The position numbers and the translations under genes are program-made. 64,000 bases of DNA from NCBI GenBank assembly GCA_013329055.1, contig DUKY01000013.1, positions 1,587 to 65,586 of the forward strand, given 5' to 3'. Shown here one piece after another: positions 44,072-53,585 of this stretch (positions within the stretch are counted from its first letter, which is position 1; each line of letters starts with the position of its first letter). This DNA comes from Nanobdellota archaeon (GTDB lineage: Archaea > Nanobdellota > Nanobdellia > Pacearchaeales > GW2011-AR1). Below the pieces are notes generated by a model that had not been told where the DNA came from, ran no database searches, and saw only the letters and a list, made by a program, of their open reading frames with translations.

Positions 44072-44277
44072 CCTTTCCTTGCTTCATCCTTTAATTTCTG
44101 CCCACTTTTTTTAAGTTTACCTTTTAATGAACCATACACATTACTTAAATCAGCATCATAAACCAGATTAATTCTAATCTCATCATTTTCCTTTAAATCC
44201 TCTTTCTTCACCAATTCCTTTGGTAAAATAATCCCAATAGAATTTCCCCATTTCTTAACTTTAACTTTAATTACCAT
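44062..44277 (-). CDS. vapB: AbrB/SpoVT-family antitoxin
   Basis: 71 aa: VKVKKWGNSIGIILPKELV, a swapped-hairpin motif. Confidence 0.7.
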   Translation of the reverse strand: MVIKVKVKKWGNSIGIILPKELVKKEDLKENDEIRINLVYDADLSNVYGSLKGKLKKSGQKLKDEARKGWN

Positions 44278-44325
44278 AATTATACAAAGTATAACTTTAT
44301 TTAAATATTGCGGTGAAAGAAGTAA

Positions 44326-44827
44326 AAAAATTTAATTCTACAAATTTTCTGAGAGAACCAACAGATTCACATTCTATGTGGCATCCCAAGAAGGCCGAAA
44401 GTTTACACTTACATTAATCCCAAAGGTAAAGATAAAAGCTGTAAGTGTGGGCTTGAGTAGAAAGTTTACACTTGCATTAAATTCTGAAAGCAAATTTTAA
44501 AAGTTGCAAGTGTGGGCTTGAGTAAAGATATCACCGCTCCGCAATTTGAGGAAGCTCAAAAGACCAAGGGTGTCTTTTACGCACGACGACATGAATTCTA
44601 AAATATAATCGTCGTGCTTGTGGCATCCAAGAAGGCTCATAAAGATGCCACCCTTCAATGTTTCGAGGAGGGTTAAAGGGAACCAAGGGGTGTCTTTTAC
44701 GCACGACAACATCAATTTCAAAAAACATAATTGTCGTGCTTGTGGCATCCACAAAGGCTCATAATGATGCCACCGAACCGCAATTCGAGGAGATTCAAAA
44801 AGAACCAACGGGTTCTTTTTATCCGAA
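44326..44827 (+). repeat. large mosaic repeat block: H fragment, an A interrupted by two tandem C modules, then B, A, B, A
   Basis: The stem halves gtggcatc (44378-44385) and gatatcac (44527-44534) are separated by C copies at 44397-44458 (stem acacttac/gtaagtgt) and 44459-44523 (acacttgc/gcaagtgt). The following B hairpins are cacgacga/tcgtcgtg and cacgacaa/ttgtcgtg. An intact A hairpin is gtggcatc/gatgccac at 44620-44627/44644-44651. Confidence 0.9.
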
Positions 44828-47173
44828 ATAACTATTATCCTGAGGAATCGCAGCCCTTGCTGACTCTAAGAATTTATCCTCAATCTTTTTATAAGTTTCA
44901 ATAGTAGATTTACTCACGCTAGGCTTAACCTTTTTCAAAGCCTCATCAAAATGTTTTTTCCAAACTTCAACAGCATCAACAGATTCTCTTAAAGCAAGCA
45001 TCGCAGCCTCCCTAACTAATGCTTCCAAATCAGCCCCGGTATAACCTTCAGTTTGTTTAGCAAGTTCACTAATAATAACATCTTTTGCTAAAGGAGTTTT
45101 AACAGTATGAATATCCAAAATCATCTTCCTACCTTTTTCAGAAGGAGCATTAATAAGCAAAATTTTATCAAATCTTCCGGGACGTAAAATTGCAGGATCC
45201 AATAAATCAGGACGATTAGTAGTTGCAACAATTAAAATATCCTTTAAATCTTCTAAACCATCCATATCAGATAATAATTGATTCAAAACTTTCACCCCCT
45301 CTTGACCTGACGCATTGTCAACCATACCACGCTTACTAGCGATTGACTCAATCTCATCAATTAAAACGATACATGGTGAAACTTGTCTCGCTTTCTCAAA
45401 AACTTTAGCAACACCCTTATGCGAATCATTAACCCATTTACTCAATAATGAAGGACCCTTAACGGAAATAAAATTAACATCAGATTCTTTTGCAGCCGCC
45501 TTAGCCAAAAGAGTTTTACCTGTACCAGGAGGACCATAAAGTAAAACACCTTTAGGAGGACGAACATTCAATCGCTTAAAACCTTCAGGATGTTTCATAG
45601 GCCATTCAACAGCTTCTTTTAATTCCCTTTTAACATCATCAAGCCCACCGACAGAATTCCAATCAACATTTGGAGTTTCAACTAAAACTTCCCTCATAGC
45701 AGAAGGTCTGACAACTCTTAAAGCATCAGTAAAATCCTGTGCAGTAATAACTAATTTTTCCAAAATTTGCGGGGAAATTTGTTCTTCAGAATCAAGTTTC
45801 ATCTCAGGCAGTAACTTTCTTAAAACATTCATAGCAGCTTCCTTGGTTAATGATTCCAAATCTGCACCAACAAATCCGTGCGTAACTTGAGCAAGTTTAA
45901 CTAAATCAACATCTTTAGTTAAAGGCATGCCACGAGTATGAATTTTTAAAATTGCTAATCTACCTTCTTTATTAGGAACCCCAATTTCAATTTCTCTATC
46001 AAATCTACCAGGACGTCTTAAAGCAGGATCAATAGCATTAACTCTATTCGTCGCACCAACAACAATAACTTTACCCCTGGCCTTTAAACCATCCATCATA
46101 GTTAAAATTTGAGAAACAACTCTTCTTTCAACCTCGCCATGAACCTCTTCACGCTTAGGAGCAATAGCATCAAGTTCATCAATAAAAATAATTGTCGGAG
46201 CAGTTTTTTCAGCTTCATCAAAAATATCCCTAATCTTTTTTTCACTCTCACCATAAAATTTAGACATAATTTCCGGACCATTTAACAAGATAAAATTTGC
46301 TTCAGATTCATTTGCAACAGCTTTAGCTAAAAGAGTTTTACCAGTACCAGGAGGACCATAAAGTAAAACACCTTTTGGAGGCTCAACACCTAACCGTTGA
46401 AAAATTTCAGGATGTTTCATCGGTATCTCAACCATTTCCCTAATTTTTTTAATCTCTTCACTTAAACCACCAATATCTTCATAATTAATTTCAGGGATAT
46501 TATCTGAACTAACATCAACTGCTTTAGAATTTAAAACTACCTCAGTATTCTCGGTAATTATCACAGGCAGACAAGGATTAGTTGAAACAACAATAAATCG
46601 AATTTGAGTAACACCCCCACCTAAATTACCCATGCCCATACCCCCTAAAATATCTCCAAGGTTGCCAAAAATATCATTTAAATCACCCATGCCTTCAGAC
46701 ATTAAATCTTTTCTTCTTTGCACACCCCCTAAAATTACAACATCTCCCTTAACCAAAGTTCTTCCTAAAAGTCCTCTTCGTAAACTATCAGGGTCTCCCT
46801 GAACCATAATTCCTTGCTGAGCAGGAGCAATAATAACTTTTTTTGCTTCATGAACATTCGCTTTAGAAATTTGAACAACATCGCCTAATCCTGCACGAGC
46901 ATTTTTTCTTAAAATACCATCAATCCTTATTCTTCCTTCACCAATATCTGCAGGATAAGACCTATCAGCAATAGCAACAGTTTCACGATTACCCTTAATT
47001 AAAATAACATCACCACGCTTAATGCCTAATTCCCTCATAACTTCAGAATCAATACGGGCAATTCCTTTATACGCATCATCCTGTAAAGCTTCTACAACAA
47101 TCAATTCAAATTTTTGATTTTTACTCTTGCTGTTATCTGCTTTTTTATCTTTATCTTTATTCTTATCTTTCAT
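44819..47173 (-). CDS. cdc48: CDC48/VCP-type AAA+ ATPase (paralog 2)
   Basis: 784 aa with GPPGTGKT twice, an N-domain ([16 protein letters not shown]) and a Gly-rich insert ([11 protein letters not shown]). The last codons, YFG-stop, lie in the repeat. Confidence 0.9.
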   Translation of the reverse strand: MKDKNKDKDKKADNSKSKNQKFELIVVEALQDDAYKGIARIDSEVMRELGIKRGDVILIKGNRETVAIADRSYPADIGEGRIRIDGILRKNARAGLGDVVQISKANVHEAKKVIIAPAQQGIMVQGDPDSLRRGLLGRTLVKGDVVILGGVQRRKDLMSEGMGDLNDIFGNLGDILGGMGMGNLGGGVTQIRFIVVSTNPCLPVIITENTEVVLNSKAVDVSSDNIPEINYEDIGGLSEEIKKIREMVEIPMKHPEIFQRLGVEPPKGVLLYGPPGTGKTLLAKAVANESEANFILLNGPEIMSKFYGESEKKIRDIFDEAEKTAPTIIFIDELDAIAPKREEVHGEVERRVVSQILTMMDGLKARGKVIVVGATNRVNAIDPALRRPGRFDREIEIGVPNKEGRLAILKIHTRGMPLTKDVDLVKLAQVTHGFVGADLESLTKEAAMNVLRKLLPEMKLDSEEQISPQILEKLVITAQDFTDALRVVRPSAMREVLVETPNVDWNSVGGLDDVKRELKEAVEWPMKHPEGFKRLNVRPPKGVLLYGPPGTGKTLLAKAAAKESDVNFISVKGPSLLSKWVNDSHKGVAKVFEKARQVSPCIVLIDEIESIASKRGMVDNASGQEGVKVLNQLLSDMDGLEDLKDILIVATTNRPDLLDPAILRPGRFDKILLINAPSEKGRKMILDIHTVKTPLAKDVIISELAKQTEGYTGADLEALVREAAMLALRESVDAVEVWKKHFDEALKKVKPSVSKSTIETYKKIEDKFLESARAAIPQDNSYFG

Positions 47174-47537
47174 TTTGTTTTCTTCTTCGATTTAATGAAT
47201 TATCAAAATTTAATGACAATCTTCCGGACTCTTCAAAACAAAGTCTTACCATATCATCAAACATTTTTTCTTGTTCTTGCATAAAAGAGACAATCTCTTT
47301 TGGGATTGAAACAGCATAACTATTTCCAACAAGTCTCATCTTAACTTTAAATTCCTTATTTTTTAAACTTATAAATTTATTGAAATCTTGTAAATCAACA
47401 GGATGAATTATTTGCTCTGAACATTTTGGACATATCATTGCACGAAGTAAAAAACCATTTTTTACTAATTTTCCTTTTTGCATTTTTATACCACAATTTT
47501 TGCAAAGAATGGTATTATCAAATATATCCGCCATCAT
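47163..47537 (-). CDS. zinc-ribbon plus AbrB/SpoVT-like domain protein (candidate transcription regulator)
   Basis: CKNCG..CPKC followed by RLVGNSYAVSIPKEIV. The start is moved from the GTG at 47582, which is part of the operator, to ATG at 47537. It overlaps cdc48 paralog 2 by 11 nt. Confidence 0.5.
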   Translation of the reverse strand: MMADIFDNTILCKNCGIKMQKGKLVKNGFLLRAMICPKCSEQIIHPVDLQDFNKFISLKNKEFKVKMRLVGNSYAVSIPKEIVSFMQEQEKMFDDMVRLCFEESGRLSLNFDNSLNRRRKQNER

Positions 47538-47561
47538 TAAAAGTTGAATAGATTCATCAAC

Positions 47562-47606
47562 GTATACACTTACAGTATACACAAACTATTTAAATATTGC
47601 GGTGAG
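47562..47606 (-). promoter_or_regulatory. promoter with a GTGTATAC-N5-GTGTATAC operator and an 18-nt core shared with the vapB promoter
   Basis: Minus strand: CACCGCAATATTTAAATA (identical at 44299-44316 upstream of vapB), then gtttGTGTATAC (47582-47575), tgtaa, GTGTATAC (47569-47562). The spacing is the same as at 43491-43526. Confidence 0.6.
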
Positions 47607-47609
47607 GAA

Positions 47610-48215
47610 AAAAAGAATTAAATTATTATAGTAGAAACGATAAAAAAAGCGTATTAATAATAAAATTTTAATAAAGTAAACTAATTGAATTAACGTTGGT
47701 TTAATTTACTTTTGTCAAGAAACTTGCAAAGGGGTTTCTTGAGCACACCCAAGAATTCATTCTCCTAAAAATTCTTGGTGTTAGAGAATTATTTTATAAT
47801 TCTCTATAGCTAAAAGGCAAATAATTATTTTATAATTTTGGGGCGAATAACTTTGAAAATTGCCAATAAATCAAATTTTTTTTTGATTTAAAGCAAGTTT
47901 TCATAGGTTATGAGTAGAGTAACTTCGTGGTAGAAACGATAATTCGCAAAGTTTCGTGCAAAGTTACGAGAAGGAGGGGTACATTAAATTCAAACAAAAA
48001 AATAAAAAAGTGTGTTTAATAACAAGATTTTAACTGCTTAAAGGCAAATTATTACTTTTGTAATAATTTGGGGGATGTGGGAAATTAAAATTCAAGAAAA
48101 GAAATTCGGGAATAGTTAAAATCTTTGACACACTTTTTCAAACAAAACAATTTTTCAAAAAGAAACCAACGGAGGTAATTCCAAGTGGCATTACAGGAAG
48201 TTCAAAGACTTTAAA
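47610..48215 (+). repeat. about 600 nt of non-coding sequence composed almost entirely of hairpin modules (J, unique hairpins, E, F, J, E, I, A fragment)
   Basis: Hairpins include caagaaac/gtttcttg, cacccaagaatt/aattcttggtg, tagagaatt/aattctcta and aaattattac/gtaataattt. The F copy is gtaacttcg..caaagttac. J copies lie at 47642-47671 and 48004-48033. The terminal fragment is aagtggcattacaggaagttcaaag. Confidence 0.8.
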
Positions 48216-48238
48216 AATACTTTATTCTTTTTTAGAAT

Positions 48239-48865
48239 ATGAATTTAAAAAAAGAGATAAAAAAAATTTATAATAAATCTTACTATTTATTATTTAAAGA
48301 CGACACATGGAAAGGATGGATTTTCTCAATAATTTTTATTTTTATATTCATAAAATTCATATTTTTTCCAACATTAAGCCTTATAACAGGAACGCAAATA
48401 CCACTTGCAATCGTTGAGTCATGCAGTATGTATCATAAAGGAGATTTACTTTCGAATTATGACGATTGGTGGAAAGAGCATGAACAAAAATATTTAGAAT
48501 TTGATGTTACAAAAAAAGAATTTCAGGAATATCATTTCACAAACGGATTTAACAAAGGAGACATTTTATTTATTACAGGAGCAAAACCTGAAAAATTAGA
48601 AGTTGGAGATATAATTATTTTCAACGGAAACGGAAGACCAATAATACATAGAATAATAAAAATAAAAGAAAAAGATGGAGAATACACATTCTCAACAATA
48701 GGAGACAATAATAACGGACAATTAACAATTGAAAAAGACATTAAATCAGAACAATTAATCGGCAAAGCAACATTCAAAATCGCTCCACTTTTAGGATGGA
48801 CAAAATTAATATTTTACGAAGCACAAAGAAATCCGCAAGAAAGAGGATTTTGTGACGAGAATTAA
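48239..48865 (+). CDS. signal peptidase I (archaeal/Sec11 type)
   Basis: N-terminal TM helix, VESCSM (Ser nucleophile box), GDIIIF and IIHRII (His box). Confidence 0.75.
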   Translation: MNLKKEIKKIYNKSYYLLFKDDTWKGWIFSIIFIFIFIKFIFFPTLSLITGTQIPLAIVESCSMYHKGDLLSNYDDWWKEHEQKYLEFDVTKKEFQEYHFTNGFNKGDILFITGAKPEKLEVGDIIIFNGNGRPIIHRIIKIKEKDGEYTFSTIGDNNNGQLTIEKDIKSEQLIGKATFKIAPLLGWTKLIFYEAQRNPQERGFCDEN

Positions 48866-49914
48866 TCGCCAACCTTTTCCTTCAACTCTTTCTTAAAAAA
48901 TTCCAAATCCTCGATTTGAACCTGAGCACCAACAGCATCCTGATGTCCGCCACCAGTAGCCCCTTCTAAACCCCCAATAATTTCAAGGATAATTTTTCGA
49001 ATATTTTTTCCACGACCGGAAATATTAGCTTTATATCCCGAAACATAAGCAATAACAATTATTTTATCCGGAAATAAAAAACTAATTTCATTAGATAAAT
49101 CTGAACTAATACTCAAATCCCCGCCATATTGAAAATATAATAATTTTCCATCATAATTACCAATTTCTTTTGCCCTCTCAATTAATCTTTGATATTTTTC
49201 ATCAATCTCTCTAAACCGTTTATGCATCGCAGAATTCTTGCTACCCTCACTTAAAACTTCATAAGGACTATGTACACTCATTAAAAATTTAAGCATATTA
49301 ATAACATTCGTAGTCCTATCCTTTAAACCAAACGTAAAAAATTTAGCAATTTTCCCAATTTCAGATTTATAAAAAATTTCAAAAGCATCATTAGATTTAA
49401 TTCCCAAATCAGAATATTTTTTCATAAAATCATTATAAAACTCAGGAACAAATTTATCAGCAATACAACCAGCAACACCAAACCAGACATCATCCTTTTT
49501 TTGAGTAGCTTTATAACAAAGAGAAGTAACAGGTTCCCCTGCAGAATCATTATTCTTTGCATCAAAAGAGTTATAATAATTAACAAAGTCAGGGATATCC
49601 TCAAATTTAAATGCATGATGATCAATCCAAACAACAGGAATATTTACCTCTTTAACTTTCTCCCAAAATTTATCAGACACTTCAGCCTTATCAAGGATAA
49701 AAATATAATCAGCATTAAATTCAACAACCTTTCTAAAATAATCATCAATTAACTTTGGAAAAGATTTTATAGGAATACCCTTACCCCGCTCAATAAATCT
49801 TTGAAGAATTAAAAAACTACAAAGCCCATCAGGATCATTATCAAAAAAGAATATAGGATTTTGAGCAGTCTCTAAATGTTCACGAATCTCAATAATTTGC
49901 TCACTTGTTAACAT
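48862..49914 (-). CDS. DHH-family phosphoesterase (RecJ/NrnA-like)
   Basis: Contains the DNDPDGLCS, WIDHH and GGGHQDAVG (DHHA1) motifs. Confidence 0.75.
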   Translation of the reverse strand: MLTSEQIIEIREHLETAQNPIFFFDNDPDGLCSFLILQRFIERGKGIPIKSFPKLIDDYFRKVVEFNADYIFILDKAEVSDKFWEKVKEVNIPVVWIDHHAFKFEDIPDFVNYYNSFDAKNNDSAGEPVTSLCYKATQKKDDVWFGVAGCIADKFVPEFYNDFMKKYSDLGIKSNDAFEIFYKSEIGKIAKFFTFGLKDRTTNVINMLKFLMSVHSPYEVLSEGSKNSAMHKRFREIDEKYQRLIERAKEIGNYDGKLLYFQYGGDLSISSDLSNEISFLFPDKIIVIAYVSGYKANISGRGKNIRKIILEIIGGLEGATGGGHQDAVGAQVQIEDLEFFKKELKEKVGD

Positions 49915-50001
49915 ACTAAAGAATCACCAAAAAGATTATTTAAGGTTTATGAAAGAGAAGTTTGATTTATCAAAAAAAAGTTTTTGAACCTACTACCCAT
50001 T

Positions 50002-50268
50002 TCAATCCAAAAAAGAACCAAGAAAATATCCAACCAATCCAAATAAAATCATTGTAAATAAAGGACCAATAAAAATTAAAATCATACATCCATCTCCTGA
50101 ACAAGGAATAATCAATGAAAATAATGAACCAATAAATTTAACATAAAAATTAAAGAATACTTTAGCTAAAAAAAATCTATCAGGACCAGACCCAATACCA
50201 AACCAAAAAGGAATAGAAAACAATCCAACCAATACTCCAAGGATTAATCCCTTAAATTTATTTAACAT
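50002..50268 (-). CDS. small membrane protein
   Basis: 88 aa with three hydrophobic segments. Confidence 0.35.
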   Translation of the reverse strand: MLNKFKGLILGVLVGLFSIPFWFGIGSGPDRFFLAKVFFNFYVKFIGSLFSLIIPCSGDGCMILIFIGPLFTMILFGLVGYFLGSFLD

Positions 50269-50309
50269 AATAATATAATTTCCCGCAAGTATTTAAATAT
50301 TAACACTCC

Positions 50310-52103
50310 CTACTTACCTTTTTCAACACCATACTTCTCCCAAATCTGTTTAAATCTCGAATTTTTCTTAATTTCGTTTAAACTACCCTCAGCAATAATT
50401 TTTCCGTGATCAAACATATAAATATAATCAAATTTATCTAATAAATGCAAACGATGTATCGACGAAATAATAGTTTTACCTTTAAACTCTCTGAAAATAT
50501 TTTGATGAATTTTCATCTCATTTAAACTATCAACACTGCTTGTAGGTTCATCAAATAAAACAATATCACTATTTTTCGCAGCAAGTAAACCCCTCGCAAG
50601 AGCCAAACGCTGTTTTTCCCCCCCGCTTAAAGAAACACCTTTCTCCAAAACATTAGTATCCAAGCCATCCTTCAATCTTCTGACAACATCATCAAATTGA
50701 GCCATATTAATTGCTTTTTGCAAATCACTTTTTGAAACATGCAAACCCATAGTGATATTAAATAAAATGGTATTATTAAAAATTTCAGGCTCTTGCGGAA
50801 TCAAAGTAACATTCTGCCTTAATCTCTCAATAGTCTTTCGAGTTTTAATCCCATCAATATAAGATTTACCCTTGCCAGGAAGATAAAGCCCACGCATTAA
50901 CGATAACAACGTACTTTTTCCAGAACCACTTTCACCAATTAAAGCAATTTTTTGACCCCTCTTAAATTCAAAATTAATATTTTTTAAATGCTGTTTCACA
51001 CCATCATCATTATAAGTAAAACTGTAATTTTCAAATTTAACACTCTTCCAATTAGAAGGTAATTTCTCATAAGTTTTATTCTCTATTTCTTCATACGCAT
51101 CATCAATAGGATAAACCCCTTGAATTTTAGAATCATATTTTGTAATCTTAGTATAAATATTTGCAAAATTAAAAAAAGTATTACCAACACGATTTAAATA
51201 ACTATAAAGAAGAAACAAAGTTCCAATCAAAATAACACCAGTAGAATAATAATCAGTATAAGCTTTATAGCTTAAAGCCAAAACAGTCATTAACATAATA
51301 GCAATACTTGCAAAACCCCATTTAGCCTCAAGTAAAAATGCCTTTTTTCTTTCAATATCATAACTTGCAAATAATCGCGAATCGACCTCGTTCTCAGCAA
51401 TTTTTTTTAAACGCAAAGTCACAACAGTATAAATATTACTAATATAATCAAAAATACAAGCAGATAATTTATTACTAAAACAATTTAGCTCTTTATAACA
51501 CTGAATTATTTTTTTATCAAAACCCATCGCAATCCAAAGAATCATTAACGAAAAAACTAATGAAAAAATCGCAATCTTAAAATCAACAAAAAATAAGATA
51601 ATCAAAGAGCCAAAAATATCTAACATTGCATAAATAATAGTCATCGTCAAACTTTCAGAAAAATCATATAAACCCTCTCTTGAACGATTAATTTTATCAA
51701 TAGTATCACCAGAATGATGATCCTTATGCCATTTAACTGGAAGTTCCAAAACTTTTTTTATTTTTGAATTCGTATAATTCCTGTGAACATGAAAAGCAGT
51801 TATTTGCTCCATTATCCTTGCTGGACCATGAAGTGCCCATTTAAAAATTTGAATAAATAATAATAAGAAAATCATTAAAATTAAATGATTTAATTGTTCA
51901 GGCGAAGTAATTGTTTCTTGAATTGAATTAAAAATTAAACCAATTATTAGGGGATTCAATAAACCCAAAGTCCCGGAAATAACAAATAAAGAAACATAAA
52001 ATAAAAAAAACTTTTTTCTTTTACCCAAAAATATCCATTCAGTCTTTAAAATATTAAAAATTGGATTCAGTTCATTATTCTTCTGCATTAAATCCCAAAA
52101 CAA
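50310..52103 (-). CDS. ABC exporter, fused permease and ATPase
   Basis: 597 aa with a six-TM N-terminal half, Walker A GESGSGKST, signature LSGGEKQR and Walker B IVLFDEPTS. Confidence 0.85.
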   Translation of the reverse strand: MFWDLMQKNNELNPIFNILKTEWIFLGKRKKFFLFYVSLFVISGTLGLLNPLIIGLIFNSIQETITSPEQLNHLILMIFLLLFIQIFKWALHGPARIMEQITAFHVHRNYTNSKIKKVLELPVKWHKDHHSGDTIDKINRSREGLYDFSESLTMTIIYAMLDIFGSLIILFFVDFKIAIFSLVFSLMILWIAMGFDKKIIQCYKELNCFSNKLSACIFDYISNIYTVVTLRLKKIAENEVDSRLFASYDIERKKAFLLEAKWGFASIAIMLMTVLALSYKAYTDYYSTGVILIGTLFLLYSYLNRVGNTFFNFANIYTKITKYDSKIQGVYPIDDAYEEIENKTYEKLPSNWKSVKFENYSFTYNDDGVKQHLKNINFEFKRGQKIALIGESGSGKSTLLSLMRGLYLPGKGKSYIDGIKTRKTIERLRQNVTLIPQEPEIFNNTILFNITMGLHVSKSDLQKAINMAQFDDVVRRLKDGLDTNVLEKGVSLSGGEKQRLALARGLLAAKNSDIVLFDEPTSSVDSLNEMKIHQNIFREFKGKTIISSIHRLHLLDKFDYIYMFDHGKIIAEGSLNEIKKNSRFKQIWEKYGVEKGK

Positions 52104-52326
52104 AAGAACTTTATAAAATTAAACCTTGTTTCTAAAATCTAACATTTTTAGCTTTTTTCCATAATTCAAAAAATTATTAATCATCACTTCTTCTTTTTCA
52201 TCTCTTTATATTCTAAAATTTTGAATTATTTTTGAGATAAAATGCTATGATTTCATTTCACCGCATAGTGGAATTATGTAAGAAATTAAATCGTAGATTT
52301 TAGCCAAAAAGAATCAAAATTTAAAA

Positions 52327-53400
52327 TTAAACTTTTTTACCTGCACGAATCCTCTCTTCAATATTTTTTAAATCCGGCATAAGTACATCAACAACATTTT
52401 GATTTTTTATAATAGTAACCAAAGATTCTTTATCAGCACCAAAAATATTATCTAAAGTTTTATATCTCCTCATCAAAATAATAATATCCTTCTCAAGAAT
52501 ATTTGCTTTACTTAAAATTCTTCTTCCTTTTGAAACAACCATCTTATCATGAAGTTCACCAAATAAAGTTCTGGATAAATTTGAAGTTTCAATTAAAAAA
52601 TTAAAATTCATAGTTTTCAATAAATTATTAATTCTAACATAATCCTTGAAATAATCTTTTAGAACCATTTCTTTTTCCCAATTCAAATTTTTTATCAATT
52701 CTCTTAATCTCATGCTAACAATAACTCCCTCATTACCTAGCTCAATAAGATACTTTTTCATTTGCTCGTAAATTCTTTGAATAATTTCAATACGTTGTAA
52801 AACCCCGCAAACATCACTAATAGTAACAAGATTATTAATTTCTAAAATATTCAAATGAGCAATAGAATCATCAAACATCTCTCTTTGCTTTTCCAAAGTT
52901 TGCAAAGTATCCATTGCTTTTCTTCTAACACTTGATTCATGCTCTAATTCATAATTAAGATTGCCATAATAAATTGTAATTTTATGTCTTCTTTCAGAGA
53001 TAGCAATCACTAATGTTTCCATTTGTTTTGCAGTTCTTTCAGCAGCCTGATGACGAGTACCGGTTTCATTTGTTTTAACTGAAATATTTGGTACAAGTAA
53101 AGTATTAACTCTCAAAATTCTCTTCATATTTGAAGATAAAATTATTCCACCGTCCATCTTAGAAAGTTCAATTAATCTTTGAGGGGTAAATTTACAATCA
53201 ACATTAAAACCCCCGTAACACATTTCAGATAAACCTTTTTTATCGATAACAATTAATGCCCCAAGTTTTGCCATACGAATATCATTTAAAGCATTCCTCA
53301 ACGATGTACCGGGAGCAAGAAGTTTTAAAATATCAAGTAATTCCATTTTGCTCGACGAGGGCTTTGATTCAATTTTAATTGGAGAAATTTTTTGTTCCAT
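52327..53400 (-). CDS. disA: DisA-type diadenylate cyclase (DNA integrity scanning protein homolog)
   Basis: 357 aa with the DAC domain (..LGALIVI.., DGGIILS, ETGTRHQAAERTAKQ, VIAISERR..ITIY), then the DisA-type helical linker (..LQTLEKQ.., VTISDV..LQRIE, ELGNEG) and a C-terminal HhH-like tail. Confidence 0.75.
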   Translation of the reverse strand: MEQKISPIKIESKPSSSKMELLDILKLLAPGTSLRNALNDIRMAKLGALIVIDKKGLSEMCYGGFNVDCKFTPQRLIELSKMDGGIILSSNMKRILRVNTLLVPNISVKTNETGTRHQAAERTAKQMETLVIAISERRHKITIYYGNLNYELEHESSVRRKAMDTLQTLEKQREMFDDSIAHLNILEINNLVTISDVCGVLQRIEIIQRIYEQMKKYLIELGNEGVIVSMRLRELIKNLNWEKEMVLKDYFKDYVRINNLLKTMNFNFLIETSNLSRTLFGELHDKMVVSKGRRILSKANILEKDIIILMRRYKTLDNIFGADKESLVTIIKNQNVVDVLMPDLKNIEERIRAGKKV

Positions 53401-53585
53401 AATTCATTAAAATACCAAAAATATATAAACCTTTTCTAAAATTTTTCGGTTTTTGACAGAAAAATTGAAAAAATTATTTAAAATATTCTGTTGAAGATTA
53501 AAAGACGATTAACTTTATAGTAGGAACAATAAAAAAAGCATATTAATAATAAAAATTTTAGTTTTTAATTCCAAACAATATAAAA

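Noticed and set aside
44497-44808. ORFs 44497..44808 and 44531..44752 (-)
   Set aside because: These are phantom ORFs through repeat modules A and B, near-identical to the minus-strand phantom ORFs at 15105-15720.
47538-47582. GTG start at 47582 for the Zn-ribbon/AbrB ORF
   Set aside because: The GTG is the first base triplet of the operator octamer GTGTATAC and lies only 5 nt from the TATA box, upstream of any plausible transcription start. ATG at 47537 is preferred.
47583-48238. Replication origin (long AT-rich, repeat-laden intergenic region)
   Set aside because: There is no orc1/cdc6 gene nearby and no recognisable ORB-type inverted boxes flanking an unwinding element. The repeats are the same modules found in many other intergenic regions.
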